Shown: one piece after another, positions 58,917-64,000 of the stretch
How positions within the stretch are numbered: position 1 is the stretch's first letter
How the letters are laid out: every line of letters starts with the position of its first letter
Source: Candidatus Heimdallarchaeota archaeon
GTDB taxonomy: Archaea; Asgardarchaeota; Heimdallarchaeia; Hodarchaeales; Hodarchaeaceae
NCBI GenBank assembly: GCA_011364965.1
Contig: RDOB01000002.1
Coordinates: forward strand, 416,001 to 480,000
Direction: 5' to 3'
Length of the DNA stretch: 64,000 nucleotides
Translations under genes and position numbers: made by a program
Notes under the pieces: model-generated
Told to the model about the DNA's origin: nothing
The model's input: only the letters and a program-made list of their open reading frames with translations
The model's database searches: none

Positions 58917-59408
58917 ATGGGAGTATTAAGATTGACTAATAATAAGGAGCAATCAAAACTCATTAGAGATCAAAAAGGCAATATAAAAGCTTTAAATGTT
59001 ACCAAAGAAGAGTTTCTGAAGCTTAGACCTGTAATTAGCCCTAATGTGAAGATTTTGAAACGTACGGATGTTGAGATGCTTTTAGAGATTGATATTCAAG
59101 AGATTAAGAAGAAATCTCTAATCAAACGATTATTTCCTACGCCTAATACACGGAAAATTATGCTAGATAGACTAGGAATGGATGTATTTAAACGATGTGA
59201 TGGTAACCATCGAATTAAAGATATATTTCAAGAATTTCAAGATGAATTCAAGCTTACTCCCACAGAAGTTGAAGTATCGGTCCAACAGTATATTTTAAGT
59301 CTAACAGAACGGCACATCATCGGTTTCTTAATACCAAAGGAAATTGTAGGAAAAGAAAAGCTGAAAGATGGAGCGATTGATAAAATACTCATCGATCCCA
59401 ATAGATAA
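58917..59408 (+). CDS. PqqD family (RiPP recognition element) protein
   Basis: IMLDRLGMDVFKRCDGNHRIKDIFQEFQDEF...VQQYILSLTERHIIG matches the PqqD L..G..W..CDG..T...I fold. Confidence 0.8.
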   Translation: MGVLRLTNNKEQSKLIRDQKGNIKALNVTKEEFLKLRPVISPNVKILKRTDVEMLLEIDIQEIKKKSLIKRLFPTPNTRKIMLDRLGMDVFKRCDGNHRIKDIFQEFQDEFKLTPTEVEVSVQQYILSLTERHIIGFLIPKEIVGKEKLKDGAIDKILIDPNR

Positions 59409-59412
59409 AGGA

Positions 59413-60354
59413 TTAATTGAAGTTAATTGCATATTTAATAATTTCTTCAATTTGAGTATGCAAATCTGATTCAGGTTGTTTATCTAAGCGAAAAATAATA
59501 CAGTAGATATCATTTTTCTCCTGATTAAGCCATAAATAAGTCTCAAAGTATCCTTTCCGCGTTTTTAAAGGCATTTTTGAATCAGAACATTGAATTAATT
59601 TTTTTACTTCAATTTTTTTCTTGTAAACTAAATTAGAAAAATCAGGTGTTGGTTTATAATTCGAGGGAATATTGGGTAAATTATTTTTTGCATATTCAGG
59701 AAACCATTCAGGTAATTTATTTGAATCATCAATTTTTTGATTGGCCAATCCAATACGATATGCATAAACCTCCAAGTCTGCTTTACTCAATTCTAAAAAA
59801 GTTAATCCGATCAAAAATTTCCGATTCAATAAATTCATCTCAAATGCAGGCGTATAAACATTTAGATTCGGAGCAGACCATAATAAATATTTTTCCTCTG
59901 AATGACAAATTAAACCTGTCATGATTTCCGTTATTAAGGGTTTAAATACATCTTTTTCCTTGTTTTGATATTGACTGGCACATATTATAACACGTTGAGT
60001 TTTATGACAAACCCAGCTGAGGAGGTAACCCTGTGAATCGCCTTTCTCTAGATCCCAATAAATATAGTAACCATTATGAGCATTAACTTTTTTCTCCCCT
60101 TCGTTTCTAATTTTGATGCCTTTATTATCTTTTTTTAATGTTTTAAAGAGATCCCCTAAAACTTTTTTGGGTTCAGGAGGTTTTTTCTTGATTATGGCCC
60201 AACTGATTTCTAGTCTTTTAGTTGAAGAATCTCTAAATCCAATAAACCCTGTTTCAATTTTTTTCTTTGCAGGAGGTTTCTTATCAAATATAAGACTCCA
60301 ATCAGTTGGAACACTGACAATTAAATGATCCCATCCTAGTTTCTGATATTTCAT
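59413..60354 (-). CDS. Hypothetical protein, possibly tandem PsbP/Mog1-like folds
   Basis: WDHLIVSVPTDW start, RLEISW, W.C..TQR; second half begins WSAPNLNVYTP. Confidence 0.6.
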   Translation of the reverse strand: MKYQKLGWDHLIVSVPTDWSLIFDKKPPAKKKIETGFIGFRDSSTKRLEISWAIIKKKPPEPKKVLGDLFKTLKKDNKGIKIRNEGEKKVNAHNGYYIYWDLEKGDSQGYLLSWVCHKTQRVIICASQYQNKEKDVFKPLITEIMTGLICHSEEKYLLWSAPNLNVYTPAFEMNLLNRKFLIGLTFLELSKADLEVYAYRIGLANQKIDDSNKLPEWFPEYAKNNLPNIPSNYKPTPDFSNLVYKKKIEVKKLIQCSDSKMPLKTRKGYFETYLWLNQEKNDIYCIIFRLDKQPESDLHTQIEEIIKYAINFN

Positions 60355-60724
60355 TTTCTTAATCTTAGGGAATTTAAAGACGTTTATAATTTTACTGACA
60401 AAAGATCAAAAGCCTGAGGTTTGAAAGTTATGAATGATTGTATTGTATCTTTTGAGAATTTCGTTTTGGTCGATTATTGAAAGCAGCAGATCATGCTAAA
60501 TATATTATCCTTCTCATTATTCTATATATAGTCCAATTCAATAGGAATTCGCTTCTCCTTTACTTAACCCATATAGGAAATACATATTTTATTGACCTTT
60601 ATGACAAATAACTTTTAAACAACATAGGGAGGTAAATACTATCTTGTTTTAAACAGATTGATTCATTTCTAGGCTTCAAGACCGAATCTATTAAGGAGCT
60701 GAAGCTAAACATAAGGCGGTAAGT

Positions 60725-61090
60725 ATGTCTGAAACTGCTGTTCAGTGTCCATGTGGATATACAATTGAAGATTACAGAAATTATCTTCTACTCTATCTGA
60801 AAAAAGAAATGGAAGAAATAGATATTCTCTGTCCTAATGAATATTGCTATTTGCGAGAATTGGGATTTTTGAAGTTTAATGTAACAGAAACGGGTGAAAT
60901 TAAGTTCAAAAAGGGGAGGTTTTATGCTCCTTTTGTAACTTGGAATGCAACTCGTATGTCTAGTGAAATGACAGTGAAAATTCTAAAACAACATTTAATC
61001 GATATTACAGAAAAATCAGTTCGATGGGATAAGGTAAAGAGAGGCGCTATTTCGAAGAAACCAGAATCACAGAAGGAGGTTCTCAGTTGA
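60725..61090 (+). CDS. Hypothetical Cys-rich (putative Zn-binding) protein
   Basis: CPCG...EIDILCPNEYC, FYAPFVTWN; first gene of the operon. Confidence 0.75.
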   Translation: MSETAVQCPCGYTIEDYRNYLLLYLKKEMEEIDILCPNEYCYLRELGFLKFNVTETGEIKFKKGRFYAPFVTWNATRMSSEMTVKILKQHLIDITEKSVRWDKVKRGAISKKPESQKEVLS

Positions 61091-61689
61091 GTTTAGATTT
61101 ACCTGAACCTCATTTTCCACTCTCTGATGTATTATATCTGTCATTTTCAAATATAAGACGAAGGTTCTTTCGTTCAGTTATTACCGCTTTGGGAATAATC
61201 CTTGGAATTGCCTTCATGTCGGCATTATTAACTAATTCACTTACTTTAGGTCTCATGCGGGCGGAAACAGGTGTCGAAGCATATCAATATTGGTTAGTCG
61301 GGATTTCATTAATTGTTTGTTTCGGAGGTATTACCAATTCTATGTTAATGGCAGTAAATGAGAGAGTAAAGGAGATTGGCGTATATAAATGTATTGGAGG
61401 ATTAGATTCTCATATTGTAAGGCTGTTTATTGCTGAGGCATTAATGCTAGGGATTCTAGGAGGTACCTTAGGCTCTTTCATTGGTATTTCTATGGGTATA
61501 GCTATTAATTTGAATCGATTTAGCTTTGAAGACCTTTATCCAGTATTAATGGAGAATTTATCTGTTTTAATACTTCTATTTGGATTTTGCTTAGTTATCT
61601 CTGTTGCATTAACTGCATTAGCAACATTCATTCCTGCGAAACGTGCAGCAAATCTATCTCCAGCAGAAGCCCTTCGATATGAAAATTAG
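61087..61689 (+). CDS. FtsX/MacB-like permease lacking the extracytoplasmic domain
   Basis: RSVITALGIILGIA, ITNSMLMAVNERVKEIG, PAKRAANLSPAEALRYE in only 200 aa. Confidence 0.88.
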   Translation: MSLDLPEPHFPLSDVLYLSFSNIRRRFFRSVITALGIILGIAFMSALLTNSLTLGLMRAETGVEAYQYWLVGISLIVCFGGITNSMLMAVNERVKEIGVYKCIGGLDSHIVRLFIAEALMLGILGGTLGSFIGISMGIAINLNRFSFEDLYPVLMENLSVLILLFGFCLVISVALTALATFIPAKRAANLSPAEALRYEN

Positions 61690-61703
61690 GAGCTGTTCCC
61701 AGC

Positions 61704-62426
61704 GTGAGCTTAACTGAATATGTAGTCGAAATATCTGATGTCTATAAAACCTATATGATGGGCAAAATAGAAATCCACGCGCTTCAAGGGATCACGTTCA
61801 AGATAAAACGTGGAGAATATGTTAGTATAATGGGACCGAGTGGTTCAGGAAAGAGTACTATTTTTAATGCTGTCGGAGGTCTTGATATTGTTGACAGTGG
61901 CGAAATTTTCATAGATCAAGTTGATATAGCTGAATTAGATGCTTATGAATTGGCTTGGTTACGTAATCGTAAAATTGGATATATTTTTCAAACTTTTAAC
62001 CTGCTTTTGGCATTCTCTGCACAAGAAAACGTTGAAACACCCATGGTATTCGCAGGACTTCCTCGTGAAGAAAGAAGAAAGAAATCTAAAGAGCTTTTAA
62101 GGATAGTAGGTCTTGAACATCGAATGAAAAATAAACCTGGACAATTAAGTGGTGGCCAACAGCAAAGAGTTGCAATTGCGAGGGCATTAGCGAATGATCC
62201 TGCAATTGTGCTAGCTGATGAACCGACAGCAAATTTAGATCTTGCAACAGGTCTTGAGGTTATTGACTTATTAAAAAAATTGAATTTGGAACAGGGAACC
62301 ACGATAATCACGGCAACACACGATTTAAAAATGATTAATATTAGTGATAGAATTATTTGGGTTCGTGATGGACGAGTAGACCGTATTGAAGATCGTGCTG
62401 ATGTTCAAATTAGCGCAATATCATAA
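61704..62426 (+). CDS. LolD/MacB-type ABC ATPase (copy 1)
   Basis: [39 protein letters not shown]. Confidence 0.95.
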   Translation: MSLTEYVVEISDVYKTYMMGKIEIHALQGITFKIKRGEYVSIMGPSGSGKSTIFNAVGGLDIVDSGEIFIDQVDIAELDAYELAWLRNRKIGYIFQTFNLLLAFSAQENVETPMVFAGLPREERRKKSKELLRIVGLEHRMKNKPGQLSGGQQQRVAIARALANDPAIVLADEPTANLDLATGLEVIDLLKKLNLEQGTTIITATHDLKMINISDRIIWVRDGRVDRIEDRADVQISAIS

Positions 62427-62436
62427 GGTGAGTAGG

Positions 62437-63168
62437 ATGACTGAAGAGATTACAATTCGGATGGAAAATGTTAAAAAAATTTTCATGATGGGGACAGAGG
62501 AAGTTCAAGCTCTCCGAGGCATAAACCTACAAATTCCCCGCGGTGAATTTCATGTTATTATGGGTCCATCCGGCTCTGGAAAAACGACTTTTTTGAACAT
62601 GGTTGGAGCTCTGGATGTACCTACAGAGGGAGAGGTTTACTTTGAAGATGTTCCATTATCAAGTTTGAATAAGAAACAGCTCGCTTCTTTAAGATCATAT
62701 AAGATTGGGTTCATTTTCCAGACTTTCAATCTTGTTCCTGTAATAACTGCTTTAGAAAATGTCTCTCTTCCTTTAGTATTCCAAAATTACTCTCGTGAAG
62801 AGCGGAAAAGACGAGCTGAAAGCATTTTAAAGCGCGTGGGGTTGGGGGATAGATTAAATCATACTCCAGATGAATTATCAGGGGGACAGCAGCAACGAGT
62901 AGCTATTGCGCGCGCTTTAGCTGGTGAACCTAGTTTAATATTAGCTGATGAACCTACAGGTAATCTTGACCTTGCTACTGGATTTCAAATTGTAGAATTA
63001 TTACGCGAATTATGTCAAGAGACTGGAGTGACTGTTATTAATTCTACTCATGATTTAAAGCTTATAGATATTGCAGATCGCATTTCATGGTTACGAGATG
63101 GAGAAATTACACGTACCCAAGAGAAATTGGATGTCTCAATAACTGCTGCAGATGTTAGAATAAATTAG
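62437..63168 (+). CDS. LolD/MacB-type ABC ATPase (copy 2)
   Basis: [33 protein letters not shown]; AGGTGA RBS before ATG 62437. Confidence 0.95.
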   Translation: MTEEITIRMENVKKIFMMGTEEVQALRGINLQIPRGEFHVIMGPSGSGKTTFLNMVGALDVPTEGEVYFEDVPLSSLNKKQLASLRSYKIGFIFQTFNLVPVITALENVSLPLVFQNYSREERKRRAESILKRVGLGDRLNHTPDELSGGQQQRVAIARALAGEPSLILADEPTGNLDLATGFQIVELLRELCQETGVTVINSTHDLKLIDIADRISWLRDGEITRTQEKLDVSITAADVRIN

Positions 63169-63252
63169 TATAGAAGAAAATCAAAAGCGGAAGAAAAAAA
63201 AGAGAGAAAAACTGGTTAAAACTAATAATTAACAAAATGGATGTGAGAAAAA

Positions 63253-63459
63253 TTGGCTGATGTTGGAAGAATAATTTCAAGGTACGGAGACTATATTGCA
63301 ATAGTATGTATAGTATTAGCTGTGGTGATGGCTATTCTCAGTGCGGATCTAAAGACTATATTCGGAGAGCTTTTGCTCTTTATTATTGAAATAGCTTTAT
63401 TTATTATTATTATTGCAACAGCAATACTAGGTCAGAGGATATCAAAACCAACAGGATAA
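63253..63459 (+). CDS. Small 2-TM membrane protein
   Basis: 68 aa with two hydrophobic helices, downstream of the ATPases. Confidence 0.6.
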   Translation: MADVGRIISRYGDYIAIVCIVLAVVMAILSADLKTIFGELLLFIIEIALFIIIIATAILGQRISKPTG

Positions 63460-63485
63460 TTTATGAGATCCATTTAGAGGTTAAA

Positions 63486-64000
63486 TTAAATAAATTTAAC
63501 CTCTAGATAGAGTACATCATTTTCATTCAAATCTAGCAAAAATGAGTTATTTTCAAGAATTCTATACTTCTCAAGTTCTTGAAGGAAATCATTTTTCCTG
63601 ATTCTTTTTATTTTAACGCTTTTTGTTTCCCCACACTTCTGATTAAATGTAATTTTGACTTCTTTATTGTGTGGGATTGGATTATAAATCAAAAAGGAAA
63701 TTTCTTTTTGTGGGAACTCATTCAAATCTATGAAATTAAATAGATCTAGATTTAGGACCAATATCTCTGGATCATTACACTTTGCTATAGCCTCAAACAT
63801 AAGATAAAGCCAGATTACTTCTCCTGCGCCATAAATTTCACGTCCGAGTATACCTGTTCTTTTTCCTTTTGGAATGAAACTCTGAGTCGAGGAAAAATGA
63901 GGTGCGGTTTCTAGCATTTCAAGATCTTCAAAAGGTATGAATTTACATGGGCTCTCGATACGGGGAGGATAAATAAATTCTTTTTCTAAAACTTCTGAAA
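63486..64000 (-). CDS. C-terminal part of a larger hypothetical protein (5' end outside the window)
   Basis: Frame is open from the window end (SEVLEKEFIYPPRIESPCKFIPFEDLE-M...) to the stop; GREIYGAGE motif then a beta-rich tail. Confidence 0.65.
   Translation of the reverse strand, partial: SEVLEKEFIYPPRIESPCKFIPFEDLEMLETAPHFSSTQSFIPKGKRTGILGREIYGAGEVIWLYLMFEAIAKCNDPEILVLNLDLFNFIDLNEFPQKEISFLIYNPIPHNKEVKITFNQKCGETKSVKIKRIRKNDFLQELEKYRILENNSFLLDLNENDVLYLEVKFI

Noticed and set aside
58917-59408. PQQ biosynthesis or a classical RiPP cluster
   Set aside because: No pqqA/B/C/E, modifying enzyme or precursor peptide seen in the window
854-62311. Numerous short ORFs nested in or antisense to long genes (e.g. 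16365..17012, 37460..37714, 61988..62311)
   Set aside because: Shadow ORFs of well-supported genes; the poly-Val ORF is just the antisense of the Thr linker
1-64000. tRNA, rRNA, CRISPR arrays, IS elements
   Set aside because: No cloverleaf/T-loop signatures, GC-rich structural RNA tracts, regularly spaced repeats or transposase ORFs were seen by eye; a tRNAscan/Infernal run would be needed to exclude small RNAs

Overview
AT-rich archaeal chromosomal segment, most likely Asgard (Heimdallarchaeia-like). This is inferred from membrane proteins carrying longin-like domains, PGF-like C-terminal sorting signals, a geranylgeranyl reductase, a CxxxY-type CcmE and GGTGA/GGAG ribosome-binding sites. 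I saw no rRNA, tRNA, CRISPR array or transposase. The left part holds housekeeping and repair genes (DNA methylase end, preQ0 transporter with an unannotated RHH regulator, HhH-GPD glycosylase, YbaK, GGR, uvrA), a 1421-aa repeat-rich surface protein and a heterodimeric ABC exporter. The middle is a catabolic block: SCP2 and two SDRs, an ACAD-fdrA/allF-small subunit-allG operon, and a two-subunit Mo hydroxylase. The most notable element is a ~15.6-kb redox island (34.5-50.1 kb). It contains an HxlR-type regulator with repeated GTTAC-N6-GTAAC boxes, a surface-anchored, sequon-rich multiheme cytochrome c, a complete ccmFECDAB (System I*) operon led by an (alpha/alpha)6-barrel protein, and an operon coupling heme O synthase to a 12-TM heme-copper-oxidase-fold protein. 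That protein lacks the CuB site and has HxH motifs in both helix VI and helix X. The right end carries an orphan EutA, topoisomerase IA, a cyclase, a CBM-phosphoesterase, and an unexplained cluster of a PqqD/RRE protein, a minimal FtsX permease and twin ABC ATPases. All family calls come from motif recognition by eye; no database searches were run.
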